Source: Deltaproteobacteria bacterium (GTDB taxonomy: Bacteria; Bdellovibrionota; UBA1018; UBA923). Taken from it: a stretch of 64,000 bases of DNA. Where the stretch lies: the NCBI GenBank assembly GCA_016186905.1, contig JACPKS010000084.1:2261-66260 (forward strand), written 5' to 3'. Numbering within the stretch: position 1 is the first letter of the stretch; the number at the start of each line of letters is the position of its first letter. The notes below the pieces were generated by a model. The model was not told where the DNA came from and searched no databases. It was given only the letters and a program-made list of their open reading frames with translations. Shown here one piece after another: positions 1 through 9,341 of this stretch. The position numbers and the translations under genes were made by a program.

Positions 1-150
1 GTCTCGGGCCGGCCGTTCCTCAAAAAGAGCAGCGAAGGCTCCGGCGGGCCGCCGCTGGGTCAATCGCAGGAATCCGGCCCGGCGCCCGCTGCGCCGGCAG
101 GTGCTCCCGTGCCAGGCGCCTCCGCACCGACAAAGCCGGTTTTGGCGTAG
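1..150 (+). CDS. 3' end of an upstream gene (partial); Pro/Ala/Gly-rich C-terminal tail ...GPPLGQSQESGPAPAAPAGAPVPGASAPTKPVLA*
   Basis: Frame-1 open from position 1 to TAG at 148-150. Low-complexity tail only, no family assignment possible. Confidence 0.2.
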   Translation, partial: VSGRPFLKKSSEGSGGPPLGQSQESGPAPAAPAGAPVPGASAPTKPVLA

Positions 151-160
151 GTTTAAGGAA

Positions 161-994
161 TTGACTGAGCTTCTCTTCACGGTAGCCTCAAGCTTTCGTT
201 GGATCGATCTTCTCGACATTCTCGTCGTCTCGTATCTCGTCTACCGCGTCTTGCTCTTGATTCGCGGCACGCACGCCGTGCAGATGCTCACGGGTCTGGG
301 CGTGCTTGGCCTTGCGTTCATCGCGTCGCTGCGCTTCGAGCTCTTCACGCTCAACTGGCTGCTCGCGCACTTTTTCAACTCGATGATCCTCATCATCATC
401 GTGCTTTTTCAGGATGACCTGCGGCGCGCGCTCACCCATGTCGGAAAAAACCCGTTCTTCGCGGGCGTCAGGAGCGAAGAAGAGCAGGCCATTGTCGACG
501 AGGTCACGCGCGTGGCCATGCGCATGGCCAAGGAGCGCATCGGCGCGCTGATCGTATTTGAGCGCGAGACGGGTTTGAAGAACTTCATCGAAACGGGCGC
601 GAAGATCGACGCGAGGGTGCGCGGCGAGCTGATCTACAGCATCTTCATTCCCACGAGTCCCATTCACGACGGCGCCATGATCATCAGCAATGGCCGGATC
701 GCGGCCGCGGGATGTTTTCTCTCGCTCACTAAAAATCCGAACATCGACAAAAACCTCGGCACTCGCCACCGCGCCGCGATCGGCCTGACCGAAGAAACGG
801 ACGCCGTCGTAATTCTCGTTTCGGAAGAGGTCGGACAAGTCCACCTCGTGAAATCGGGCCGCATCACGTCCAACTTGAGCGAAGAAGAGCTTCGCAGCAG
901 TCTCGCTGTTTTGCTCGAGCTCTACGATGCCGCGCGCGTGAAGGCCGAGAAAGCCAAGGGCAAGGTCCGGGTCGAGGTCGGTAATGCTCGCTAA
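161..994 (+). CDS. cdaA: Diadenylate cyclase CdaA (c-di-AMP synthase, DAC domain with 3 N-terminal TM helices)
   Basis: N-terminus SSFRWIDLLDILVVSYLVYRVLLLIRGTHAVQMLTGL is CdaA-typical. DAC motifs DGAMII and RHRAAIGLTEETDAVVILVSEE are present. TTG at 161 is in frame and avoids overlap with the upstream ORF end; the ORF-track start at 101 is an alternative. Confidence 0.85.
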   Translation: MTELLFTVASSFRWIDLLDILVVSYLVYRVLLLIRGTHAVQMLTGLGVLGLAFIASLRFELFTLNWLLAHFFNSMILIIIVLFQDDLRRALTHVGKNPFFAGVRSEEEQAIVDEVTRVAMRMAKERIGALIVFERETGLKNFIETGAKIDARVRGELIYSIFIPTSPIHDGAMIISNGRIAAAGCFLSLTKNPNIDKNLGTRHRAAIGLTEETDAVVILVSEEVGQVHLVKSGRITSNLSEEELRSSLAVLLELYDAARVKAEKAKGKVRVEVGNAR

Positions 995-1886
995 GCTCTT
1001 TGCCAATTTTTCGCTCAAAATCTTGAGCATGCTGATCGCCATCGTGCTCTGGTTCGCGGTGCTCGGCTCGCGCAACGTGGAAGTGAGCAAGGAAGTTCCG
1101 ATCGAGCTTTTCACGCCGCCGGATCTCGTGGTTTCCAACGAAGTGCCCGATCGCGTGGCGTTTCGCATGTCGGGGCCGAAGGCTTTCCTGCGGAACGTGC
1201 TCAACCGCAAGGAAGAGCCCATCCGCATCAACTTCACGGCGTCGAAGCCCGGCATCATGACGTACCGCCTTTTTCAGGACAATATCCAGGTTCCCATCGG
1301 CGTTAAGGTGCTGTCGGTGAATCCCGCCGCGGTCGTCGTGAAGCTTGAGCCGGTGAAGTTCAAGGAAGTTCCCGTCAAGCTCGTCACGAAAGGACAGTCC
1401 TCGCCCGGCTACAACCTGGCCAGCATCGAGCTTGCGCGTCCGACGGTGCGGCTCAAAGGCGCGGAAGCCAAGATCGACATCATCGATAGCGTTTCGACTC
1501 AGCCGGTGGATCTCGGCGGGGTTTTCGAGTCGGGTGACCGCGAGGTCGCTTTGGATCTCGCCAATCTGACCGGCGTTCTCGTCGACGGTGAACTCCCGAA
1601 AATCCATTACGAAGTCTTTCAAACGGCAGCGAACTTCAAGATCCGGAATGCCGACGTGAAAGTCCTGACGGCTCGCAAGTACAAGGTTGAGCCCAAAGAA
1701 GTGACCATCTACGTTCGTTGCAGCCCCGAGGAGCTCAAGCAGGTGAACCGCCAGAAAGTTTACGGCATCGTGGATTTGCGCAACAAAACCGCGGGCAATT
1801 ACGAACCGCAGGTTTCAGTACAGCTCCCATCCCATATCAAGCTGCTCAAGGTCGTCCCCGCGAAAGTAAAAGTCGCGTTGCAGTAA
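984..1886 (+). CDS. cdaR: CdaA regulatory protein CdaR (YbbR-like domain protein)
   Basis: N-terminal TM segment followed by repeated YbbR-like beta-rich segments. Overlaps cdaA stop. Canonical cdaA-cdaR-glmM order. Confidence 0.7.
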   Translation: MLAKLFANFSLKILSMLIAIVLWFAVLGSRNVEVSKEVPIELFTPPDLVVSNEVPDRVAFRMSGPKAFLRNVLNRKEEPIRINFTASKPGIMTYRLFQDNIQVPIGVKVLSVNPAAVVVKLEPVKFKEVPVKLVTKGQSSPGYNLASIELARPTVRLKGAEAKIDIIDSVSTQPVDLGGVFESGDREVALDLANLTGVLVDGELPKIHYEVFQTAANFKIRNADVKVLTARKYKVEPKEVTIYVRCSPEELKQVNRQKVYGIVDLRNKTAGNYEPQVSVQLPSHIKLLKVVPAKVKVALQ

Positions 1887-2021
1887 GGGCTCGTTTGAAC
1901 TTACCGCGCAACCCGCTGCGACAAGCGGCGCCACGCGGTAAGCGGAGTAATCGCGCCGCTCAATCCAAACGTTCAGTCCGGGATTGCCTGAACCAGGCGC
2001 TTTCATCTATACTTTGCCGAT

Positions 2022-3431
2022 ATGGCTGAACAAAAAACCACCAAGCTTTTCGGCACCGACGGCATCCGTGGGAGGGCCAATGAATATCCCATGACGGGAG
2101 AGCTCGTGATGCAGGTCGGGCGTGCTACCGCGTATCTCTTTCGCAACCGGAAAGAAAAAAAACCGGTAGGCCTTGGGTCGCCGCTTTCGAACACTCGCCG
2201 TGCGAAGATTCTCATCGGAAAAGACACGCGTCTTTCGTGCTACATGATCGAGATGGCGCTCGCTTCCGGGATTTGCTCGCTCGGTGTTGACGTGCTGCTG
2301 ATCGGTCCGATGCCCACGCCCGGAATCGCGTTTCTCGCGCAGAGCATGCGCTGCGACGCGGGCATTCAGATCTCCGCGAGCCACAACGCGTTTGACGACA
2401 ACGGGGTCAAGATTTTCTCCGCCGACGGCTATAAGCTTCCCGATTCGACCGAGGCCGAAATCGAACGCCTCGTTTTTTCAAAAGAGGAACTCGAAAAATT
2501 CCGCCCGACCGCCGATCACGTCGGCAAGGCCTACCGTATCGAGGACGCCCTTGGCCGCTACATCGTGCACGTGAAGGATGCGTTTGACGAGGATCTCGAT
2601 CTGCAGGGCGTGCGACTTATTCTGGATTGCGCCAACGGTGCTTCCTATAAAGCCGCGCCACTTGTGTTCGAGGAGCTGGGCGCGGAGGTCGTTCGCAAAG
2701 GCGTCAATCCCACGGGCTTGAACATCAACGACAAGTGCGGCTCGCTTTATCCCGAAAACGTCGCTCGCGCGGTGGTCGAATACCGCGCCGACATCGGCAT
2801 CAGCCTCGACGGCGACGGCGATCGCGTGATTCTCTCGGACGAAACGGGCGAGATCGTCGACGGCGACCAGATCATGGCCATCTGCGCGCTCGAGATGAAG
2901 CGTCTGGGCACGCTCAAGAAAAACACCGTCGTCGTCACGCCGATGTCGAATATCGGGTTCGACCTTTCGCTGAAAGCAGCCGGGATCGACGTCGTGCGCG
3001 CGGGCGTCGGCGACCGCAACGTCGTCGAGGCGATGAAAAACGGCGGGTATAATTTCGGCGGCGAGCAGTCCGGTCATATCATCCTCATGGAGCACGCCAC
3101 GACGGGGGATGGCATCGTCGCAGCGCTCAAGGTTCTCGAGGTGATGCGCAGGACGGGCAAGCGCCTCTCCGAGCTCAAGAGATGCGTTAAGTTATTCCCG
3201 CAAGTGCGCGCCGACGTTCGGGTTTCGCGCAAGGAGCCGCTCAAGGACCTGAAGGAAGTGAACACCGAGATCGCCGCTGCCGAAAAAGCGCTGCAAGGAA
3301 AGGGGCGCGTGTTCGTGCGCGCTTCAGGCACTGAACCCATCGTGCGCGTGCTGCTCGAAGGCGAGGACCACGCGCAGATCCATCAGCTTTCCCGCAAGAT
3401 CGCGGCTTCGATCACGCGAGCGCTCGGATGA
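2022..3431 (+). CDS. glmM: Phosphoglucosamine mutase GlmM
   Basis: KLFGTDGIRG N-terminus and active-site SASHNAFDDNGVKIF. 469 aa. Confidence 0.92.
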   Translation: MAEQKTTKLFGTDGIRGRANEYPMTGELVMQVGRATAYLFRNRKEKKPVGLGSPLSNTRRAKILIGKDTRLSCYMIEMALASGICSLGVDVLLIGPMPTPGIAFLAQSMRCDAGIQISASHNAFDDNGVKIFSADGYKLPDSTEAEIERLVFSKEELEKFRPTADHVGKAYRIEDALGRYIVHVKDAFDEDLDLQGVRLILDCANGASYKAAPLVFEELGAEVVRKGVNPTGLNINDKCGSLYPENVARAVVEYRADIGISLDGDGDRVILSDETGEIVDGDQIMAICALEMKRLGTLKKNTVVVTPMSNIGFDLSLKAAGIDVVRAGVGDRNVVEAMKNGGYNFGGEQSGHIILMEHATTGDGIVAALKVLEVMRRTGKRLSELKRCVKLFPQVRADVRVSRKEPLKDLKEVNTEIAAAEKALQGKGRVFVRASGTEPIVRVLLEGEDHAQIHQLSRKIAASITRALG

Positions 3432-4189
3432 AGCCTGCCGCGGGGAAAATCCGCCTCGGAGTGAACATCGATCACGTCGCGACACTCAAGCGCCTGCGCG
3501 ACACGCCGTACCCCGACGTCGTCGCCGCCGCCAACGAATGCATCGCGGGCGGCGCCGACCAGATCACCGTGCACCTTCGCGAGGACCGGCGCCACATCGT
3601 CGACAGCGACGTCATCGATCTCAAGAAAGCGATCAAGGTCGATCTCAACCTCGAGATGGCCGCCACCGACGCGATGCTGAAGTTCGCGCTCGCGATCAAG
3701 CCCACGACCATCTGCCTCGTGCCCGAGAAGCGCGAGGAGCGCACGACCGAAGGCGGGCTCGATCTCACGAACGCCGAGCGCAACGCGGTCTACAAGAGAA
3801 TCGCCAACGAAGCTTCGAAGAAGGGAATCCGCACGAGTTTTTTCGTGGAACCCGATCCCGCCCACGTCGCGGCCGCCAAGCAGCTCGGCGCGAGCGCCGT
3901 CGAAATCCACACGGGCGGCCTTTGCATCGCGCATCAGATGGAAGACGAGTCGCGGCTGCTCGACGAGTGGACGCGTCTTCGTTCGACGCTTGACGCGTGC
4001 AAGACGCTTGGCATCCAGATCAACGCCGGGCACGGCATCGACTACCGCATCGCCGGCCAGCTCGCCGCACTCGGCACCATCGTCGAATTCAACATCGGGC
4101 ACGCGATCATCTGCGAAGCGGTGTCCTGCGGCCTTCGCGAGGCCGTGAAAAAAATGAAGACGGCGCTCACGACGCCACCGAAAAAATGA
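3428..4189 (+). CDS. pdxJ: Pyridoxine 5'-phosphate synthase PdxJ
   Basis: LGVNIDHVATLKRLR motif, about 250 aa. ATGA overlap with glmM stop. Confidence 0.9.
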   Translation: MKPAAGKIRLGVNIDHVATLKRLRDTPYPDVVAAANECIAGGADQITVHLREDRRHIVDSDVIDLKKAIKVDLNLEMAATDAMLKFALAIKPTTICLVPEKREERTTEGGLDLTNAERNAVYKRIANEASKKGIRTSFFVEPDPAHVAAAKQLGASAVEIHTGGLCIAHQMEDESRLLDEWTRLRSTLDACKTLGIQINAGHGIDYRIAGQLAALGTIVEFNIGHAIICEAVSCGLREAVKKMKTALTTPPKK

Positions 4190-4581
4190 TCTTCGGGATC
4201 GGCGTCGACATCGTCGAGATCCCGCGCTTCAAGAAGGCGCTTTCCGGCCACGCCGCGCGCCTGCTTGAAAGAGGCGCGCACGCCGAAGAGCTTAGGCTTG
4301 CGCCCCGGCCTAAAACCGCGCGCGCGGCCGAATATTGGGCCGCGCGCTTTGCCGCGAAAGAGGCGTTCGCGAAGGCGCTGGGCACGGGGTTTCCTGGTTT
4401 TTCCGCCAAGGCCGTCGGTGTTTCGAAAAACGCCGCCGGGAAGCCGCATCTCGTGTTTTCGCCGGCGCTGTCAAAGAAGCTTGAATTCATGGGCGTGCGC
4501 GGCACGCAGGTTTCGATTACGCACACCGGGCGTTACGCCGCCGCGTTCGTCGTCCTCGAGGGAAGAAAGGCCAGCCGATGA
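4186..4581 (+). CDS. acpS: Holo-[acyl-carrier-protein] synthase AcpS
   Basis: MIFGIGVDIVEIPRF start (ATG at 4186 overlapping pdxJ TGA). The 4'-phosphopantetheinyl transferase fold motifs FAAKEAFAKALGTG are present. The ORF-track extension from 3997 is spurious. Confidence 0.85.
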   Translation: MIFGIGVDIVEIPRFKKALSGHAARLLERGAHAEELRLAPRPKTARAAEYWAARFAAKEAFAKALGTGFPGFSAKAVGVSKNAAGKPHLVFSPALSKKLEFMGVRGTQVSITHTGRYAAAFVVLEGRKASR

Positions 4582-6158
4582 GAATCGTCAGCAACGAAGA
4601 AATGAGAAAGCTCGACGAGGCCGCGATCCGCGATCTCGGAGTTCCCGGCATCGTGCTCATGGAAAACGCGGGCATCGAGGCCGGCCGCAGGATCAGCGAA
4701 GCCTGCGTGAAGAAGAATTACAGCGGTGAAATCCTGGTTTTCTGCGGAAAAGGCAAGAACGGCGGCGACGGCCTGGTCGTCGCGAGGCGGCTTCTCGCGA
4801 GCGGCCATCGTGTCAGGATTTTTCTTCTTCAGCCCGCGGCGGATTACGCGGGAGAGGCCGGAATTCATCTCAAAGTGCTCAAAAACACGAAGGCCAAGAT
4901 CTCGGCCGTCGAATCGGCAACGGTGCTGAAGGAATATTTCGCGAGCGCGGTGCCCCCGTTCTTCGTCGTGGACGCGATTCTCGGTACCGGGCTCGTGCGC
5001 GACATCGAAGGCCTCTTCTACGACGTGATCGAGCTCATCAACCACAACGCCACCGAGATTTTCTCTCTCGACATCCCGAGCGGAGTTGCGGGCGACACGG
5101 GACGCATCGCGGGAACCGCGATCATGGCCAGCACGACGCTTTCTTTCGGGTATCCGCGGCTGGGCCATTTTCTTTCTCCCGGCGCGGCCCGGCGCGGCCA
5201 GCTCTGCAACGTGGACCTCACCTTTCCGCGCGAATGGGGGAGCCAGGGCGACAAATTCCTCCTCACGCGCAAAAACGTGGCGCCGCTTCTGCAGCAGCGC
5301 GACCGCTTCGGCCATAAGAACAGTTTCGGGCACTCCCTGCTCATCGGCGGCAGTCCCGGGCGCCTGGGCGCCATCGAGATGGCAAGCCAGAGCGCGCTTA
5401 AGATGGGAACCGGCCTCGTGACGGTTGCGAGCTGGGAAGATTCGTTTCCCTCGCTCGAGGTGAAGCTTTCGAGCGAGATCATGAACATCCGGATCACGCG
5501 CGAAGGCGACCGTTTCAAAATCCAAAAGCCGGGCCTTGCGATGTTCAACTCCGTCGTCGTCGGTCCGGGCTTGGGCTTGCGGCCTGAGGGCGCGCAGCTC
5601 TTGAAAGAGCTTCTCATGAGCTACGCCGGCCCCGTGGTGATCGACGCTGACGGCTTGAACTTGCTTGCCGACAACAAGTTCCACGATCTTCTTTCGGGCC
5701 GGTCGGCTCCGACCGTGCTGACTCCTCATCCGGGCGAGATGGCGCGTCTTCTTGGAAAATCCAAAGACGCTGTGACGGACGACCCGGTTGGAAGCGTGCG
5801 CGAAGCCGTTGAGCGCACGGGCGCGGTGGTGTTGCTCAAGGGCGCGACCACGCTGATCCATTCCTCCGAAGGCATCACGTGGCTCAATCATTACCCGAAC
5901 GACGGCATGGCCACGGCCGGAAGCGGCGACGTGCTTGCCGGCGTGATCGGCGGACTTCTCGGACAGAGGATGAGCGCGATCGAAGCCACTCAGCTCGGCG
6001 TTTATCTGCACAGCCTCTCCGGGCGCTTCGCGGCCGAGCAATGCGGCCATCGCTCGATGACCGCGCTCGACATCATCGGCAACATCCGCGAGGCGTTCCG
6101 CGATCTGCGCGAGTACCGCGCGAGCCGCGTTTCGCCCGCCTGCGAGGAAATTCTCTGA
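4578..6158 (+). CDS. nnr: Bifunctional NAD(P)H-hydrate epimerase / ADP-dependent (S)-NAD(P)H-hydrate dehydratase (YjeF-N + YjeF-C)
   Basis: YjeF-N motifs (FCGKGKNGGDGLVVARRL) and carbohydrate-kinase-like C-domain (GSGDVLAGVIGGLL). ATGA overlap with acpS. Confidence 0.88.
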   Translation: MRIVSNEEMRKLDEAAIRDLGVPGIVLMENAGIEAGRRISEACVKKNYSGEILVFCGKGKNGGDGLVVARRLLASGHRVRIFLLQPAADYAGEAGIHLKVLKNTKAKISAVESATVLKEYFASAVPPFFVVDAILGTGLVRDIEGLFYDVIELINHNATEIFSLDIPSGVAGDTGRIAGTAIMASTTLSFGYPRLGHFLSPGAARRGQLCNVDLTFPREWGSQGDKFLLTRKNVAPLLQQRDRFGHKNSFGHSLLIGGSPGRLGAIEMASQSALKMGTGLVTVASWEDSFPSLEVKLSSEIMNIRITREGDRFKIQKPGLAMFNSVVVGPGLGLRPEGAQLLKELLMSYAGPVVIDADGLNLLADNKFHDLLSGRSAPTVLTPHPGEMARLLGKSKDAVTDDPVGSVREAVERTGAVVLLKGATTLIHSSEGITWLNHYPNDGMATAGSGDVLAGVIGGLLGQRMSAIEATQLGVYLHSLSGRFAAEQCGHRSMTALDIIGNIREAFRDLREYRASRVSPACEEIL

Positions 6159-6628
6159 GCGCCCGAACCGCGCGCGATGAGGCCGCGACTCAGGATGCCG
6201 GCGCGCAACTCGCGGCGCGCCTGTTTGCCCGCGCAAGGCCTTGTTTCGTGCAGCTCGAAGGAACGCTCGGCGCCGGAAAAACCACGTTTGCGCGCGGTTT
6301 TATCCGCGAATGGCTCAGGCTCGCGGGCGCTGCAACGCCGGAGCTCGTCACGAGTCCCACGTACAACATCGTGAAATCGTACCCTTCGGGAGCGGGCACG
6401 GCCCTTGCGCACATCGATCTCTATCGCGTGGAAACCTTCGCGGAGCTCGAAGCGCTGGGCTACGAACAGTATGTTTTCGAGAGCGGATGCTGTCTCGTCG
6501 AATGGCTCGAGCGCATTCCCGAGGCGCTTGCCGCGCGTCCGCGCGATGCCGTCACGGTGCGGATCGAATTCGAAAGCGGCGGCAGCCGCCGCAAACTCAC
6601 AATTGAAGATCCGAAAAAATCTTCGTGA
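6041..6628 (+). CDS. tsaE: tRNA t6A37 threonylcarbamoyladenosine biosynthesis ATPase TsaE (YjeE); start uncertain
   Basis: P-loop LEGTLGAGKTTFARGF and C-terminal TsaE-like region. Conserved yjeF-yjeE adjacency. There is no ATG/GTG/TTG between the nnr stop and the P-loop; the nearest canonical start (ATG 6041) lies 118 nt inside nnr in the -1 frame. Confidence 0.6.
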   Translation: MRPSLDDRARHHRQHPRGVPRSARVPREPRFARLRGNSLSARTARDEAATQDAGAQLAARLFARARPCFVQLEGTLGAGKTTFARGFIREWLRLAGAATPELVTSPTYNIVKSYPSGAGTALAHIDLYRVETFAELEALGYEQYVFESGCCLVEWLERIPEALAARPRDAVTVRIEFESGGSRRKLTIEDPKKSS

Positions 6629-7514
6629 GTGTTTTGAGCTCTTTCGGGGAGAGCTCGACGGGGTTTCTGGCGCCGCAGACCCAGACGCCCAGAAATTTTT
6701 TCTTTTTGAGGACGGGGAAAATCCCTGCCGTCGCGCTGTTTCGCAGGCCGATGCCGTGAAGGACCTGCTGATCTTCGGCGCGGAACTGCTCGATCGATCC
6801 CAGAAAGCACGTGCCTTGCGACACGATCTCGAAGAGCGCGGGAAACTTCTCGGGCGTGACCATGCGCCTTCTCGCGCCGCTTACGAGCTCAGTACTTCCG
6901 AAGCCCAGCGTGCCCGCGAGCGCGCCGGTAGGCACTGTCGCGAAATAAACGATCTCCGCGAAACGGGTCGAAAGAAAACCCAGACAGTCGAGCTTTTTTA
7001 GTTTCACGGATTTGCGGTGCGCGCGAAGCTCCTTCGAAAATCGCTTCAGATCGATCGGATCGAGAATAAGTTTTTCCATGAACGGCGGAGGGACAACACC
7101 TGGCGTGCGCGCCGCGGACGCGCCGGACGCATCGGAGGCGCGGGCCGCTGGCGCTTCTTGCTGTATTTTTTCGTCGACCTTCACCGACGTCCAGGTGTTG
7201 TCCCGCTGCGTGATCGCGATCTCGGAGTTTACGACGACGACATTTCCGGGAGCAGGCGGCAGCGGAGTTGCTTGTTTCGGTGTTTCCGACGGCATCGGCT
7301 CCGCCGCGGTTTCAGTGGGCGAGGTTTGGGGGCCTAGTTTTTTTCTTCGCAATAGGGTGGTGACGGTCGGCATTTCCCGCACGGTGTTGGTCGCGTTTGT
7401 CGATTCTCGGGCCCCGTGTTGGGTGGAATCCGCGGAAGCCGGGGCCTTTGATAAATCCACATCAATTTCAATAGGTTGCACAGTAGATTTCTTGACTTCC
7501 GACGAATCAGCCAT
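6597..7514 (-). CDS. Hypothetical protein; Pro/Thr/Ala-rich N-terminal half and GAF-like C-terminal domain
   Basis: 305-aa ORF convergent with tsaE (32-nt 3' overlap). The C-terminal 150 aa has a GAF-like hydrophobic pattern (FAEIVYFATVP...FLGVWVCG). Confidence 0.4.
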   Translation of the reverse strand: MADSSEVKKSTVQPIEIDVDLSKAPASADSTQHGARESTNATNTVREMPTVTTLLRRKKLGPQTSPTETAAEPMPSETPKQATPLPPAPGNVVVVNSEIAITQRDNTWTSVKVDEKIQQEAPAARASDASGASAARTPGVVPPPFMEKLILDPIDLKRFSKELRAHRKSVKLKKLDCLGFLSTRFAEIVYFATVPTGALAGTLGFGSTELVSGARRRMVTPEKFPALFEIVSQGTCFLGSIEQFRAEDQQVLHGIGLRNSATAGIFPVLKKKKFLGVWVCGARNPVELSPKELKTLTKIFSDLQL

Positions 7515-7597
7515 ATTTTTGACCTCTATCCCTTGTTATCGGCTCGCTTCGGCAAAGAATGAGGCAGGCAACGACCGATAAAGATTAAAATCATTAG

Positions 7598-7626
7598 TTG
7601 ACGGACGTACTACGGTATGGTATTCA
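7598..7626 (+). promoter_or_regulatory. Candidate sigma70 promoter (TTGACG-N17-TATTCA) with near-palindrome CGTACTACG in the spacer; possible Rrf2 operator
   Basis: Seen about 55 nt upstream of the Rrf2 start codon. Assigned by eye. Confidence 0.25.
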
Positions 7627-7678
7627 CACTTTAAGTTTGTTTAATGGCGAGAACGCCAAAACAGGGAGGAAGTAAAAG

Positions 7679-8191
7679 ATGAGACTCACTTCAAAGGGAC
7701 GCTACGCCGTCCGTGCGATTCTGGATCTGACGTTCAGTTCCAATGGCCGTCCGGTGCGGTTGCAGGAAATTTCCGAGCGCCAGAAGATCTCTCTGCACTA
7801 TCTCGAACAACTTTTCCGCCGCCTCCGCAAGGGCTCGGTCGTGAAGTCGGTTCGCGGCCCGGGCGGCGGCTACGTGCTCGCGCGTTCGATGGACGAGATC
7901 TCGATCAAAGACGTGCTCTTAAGCGTTGGCGAAAACATCAATCCGGCCAAAGATCTCATCGGCTCGGACGACATCAAGAGCAATACGGTCGAGTTCGTTC
8001 TTACCAAGACGTACTTCGAGAACCTCGGCGTGCTCATGCAGGAATACCTGTCGACCACGAGCATCGGAGACCTCATCCGCAAGGCTCGCGGCCAGGACAT
8101 GCCGAAGAATACCACGTTGGAAGACGTGCGTGGCTTGACCAAGCCCGAAGCGCCGCGCCCGGATGCCAAGCTTGGCCGCGGTATATCTTGA
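7679..8191 (+). CDS. Rrf2-family transcriptional regulator (IscR/NsrR-like)
   Basis: MRLTSKGRYAVRAILDL winged-helix N-terminus. No obvious 3-Cys cluster in the C-terminal half, so possibly a non-Fe-S Rrf2. Confidence 0.8.
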   Translation: MRLTSKGRYAVRAILDLTFSSNGRPVRLQEISERQKISLHYLEQLFRRLRKGSVVKSVRGPGGGYVLARSMDEISIKDVLLSVGENINPAKDLIGSDDIKSNTVEFVLTKTYFENLGVLMQEYLSTTSIGDLIRKARGQDMPKNTTLEDVRGLTKPEAPRPDAKLGRGIS

Positions 8192-9341
8192 TCACAACGC
8201 GTCCGCGCCGGTTCCCGAGGAACTTTTTCCGGAATCCGAAAAACTCCTGAAGCAGGGGTTCGCGAATCCGTCCAGCATTCATGAGGCCGGACGGCGCTCG
8301 AGGCGCCTCATCAGCGAGGCGGCGGAGCACGCGGCCGCGTTCGTGGATTGCGATCCCGAAGACGTCTATTGGACCTCCGGCGCGTCGGAATCGAACAGCT
8401 GGGCCTTGCATTCCGCTGTTCAATCCGCGCTTGAAAAAAATCCATCGCGAGTCCCGCGCCTTCTGATCTCGGCGATCGAACACGAGTCCGTTCAGCTCGC
8501 CGCCAAAGCGCTCGCCGCGCGATCGGACAGCCGGGCTGAGCTGCATTCGATTCCCGTGGATGCCGACGGCGTGATTCGCGTCGAGGCGTTGAAAACACGC
8601 CTGGCGCGGGATGCCGACTGGGATTTGATTTCCGTGATGCACGTCAATAACGAGACGGGCGTGATTCAGCCGATTGAGGATGTGGTCGCGGCCGCGCGTT
8701 CACATGGCGTGCCCACGCACGTTGATTGCGTTCAGACGCTTGGTAAAATTCCAATATCGCTGAAGCGGCTGGGAGCCAACTACGCAACGTTTTCGGGGCA
8801 TAAGATAGGTGCGCCAAAGGGAGTAGGCTTTCTCGCGATCCAAGGCGAGGGAAAGCGCCTCACGGCGCTTGTTCATGGAAAGCAGCAAAAAGGCCTTCGT
8901 GGCGGGACCGAGAACCCGGTGTCGGTCGCGATGTTCGGATTGGTTTTAAGCGAAATGGGAAAGGGCCGGCTTGCGTATCCTAAAGGCCTGGAAGCCTGGC
9001 GGGACGAATTCGAGGCGAAAATGAGAGACGCCATTCCAGGCGCCGTGATCCACGGAAAGAGGGCACGACGCCTTCCCAATACGACGTACGTGGGATTCGA
9101 AGGCATCGACGGCGACGGGGTGTTGATGAATCTCGATCTCGAGGGAGTCGCCGCTTCGTCGGGGTCGGCATGCACGTCCGGAAGTGTCGATCCAAGCCAT
9201 GTGCTTCTCGCGATGGGTTGTGATAAAGCCATGGCACGCTCCTCGGTTCGTTTCAGCTCGGGAAGAAACACTGCATGGCCGGATTTCGAGAAAGTCCTTG
9301 AAGTGTTGCCGGGCATCGTCCGCAGGATGAGAGGATTATGA
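8163..9341 (+). CDS. Cysteine desulfurase (NifS/IscS family, class V aminotransferase)
   Basis: VYLDHNASAP start region, PLP-lysine context SGHKIGAPKGVGFL, and active-site Cys loop SSGSACTSG. Confidence 0.85.
   Translation: MPSLAAVYLDHNASAPVPEELFPESEKLLKQGFANPSSIHEAGRRSRRLISEAAEHAAAFVDCDPEDVYWTSGASESNSWALHSAVQSALEKNPSRVPRLLISAIEHESVQLAAKALAARSDSRAELHSIPVDADGVIRVEALKTRLARDADWDLISVMHVNNETGVIQPIEDVVAAARSHGVPTHVDCVQTLGKIPISLKRLGANYATFSGHKIGAPKGVGFLAIQGEGKRLTALVHGKQQKGLRGGTENPVSVAMFGLVLSEMGKGRLAYPKGLEAWRDEFEAKMRDAIPGAVIHGKRARRLPNTTYVGFEGIDGDGVLMNLDLEGVAASSGSACTSGSVDPSHVLLAMGCDKAMARSSVRFSSGRNTAWPDFEKVLEVLPGIVRRMRGL

Noticed and set aside
3997-4185. N-terminal 63-aa Arg/His-rich extension of the acpS ORF
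   Set aside because: Overlaps pdxJ in another frame; AcpS begins at the conserved MIFGIGVDIVEI with an ATGA overlap to the pdxJ stop.
4533-6236. 567-aa minus-strand ORF antisense to nnr
   Set aside because: Arg/Ala-rich low-complexity translation fully inside a strongly supported gene on the other strand, with no domain signature.
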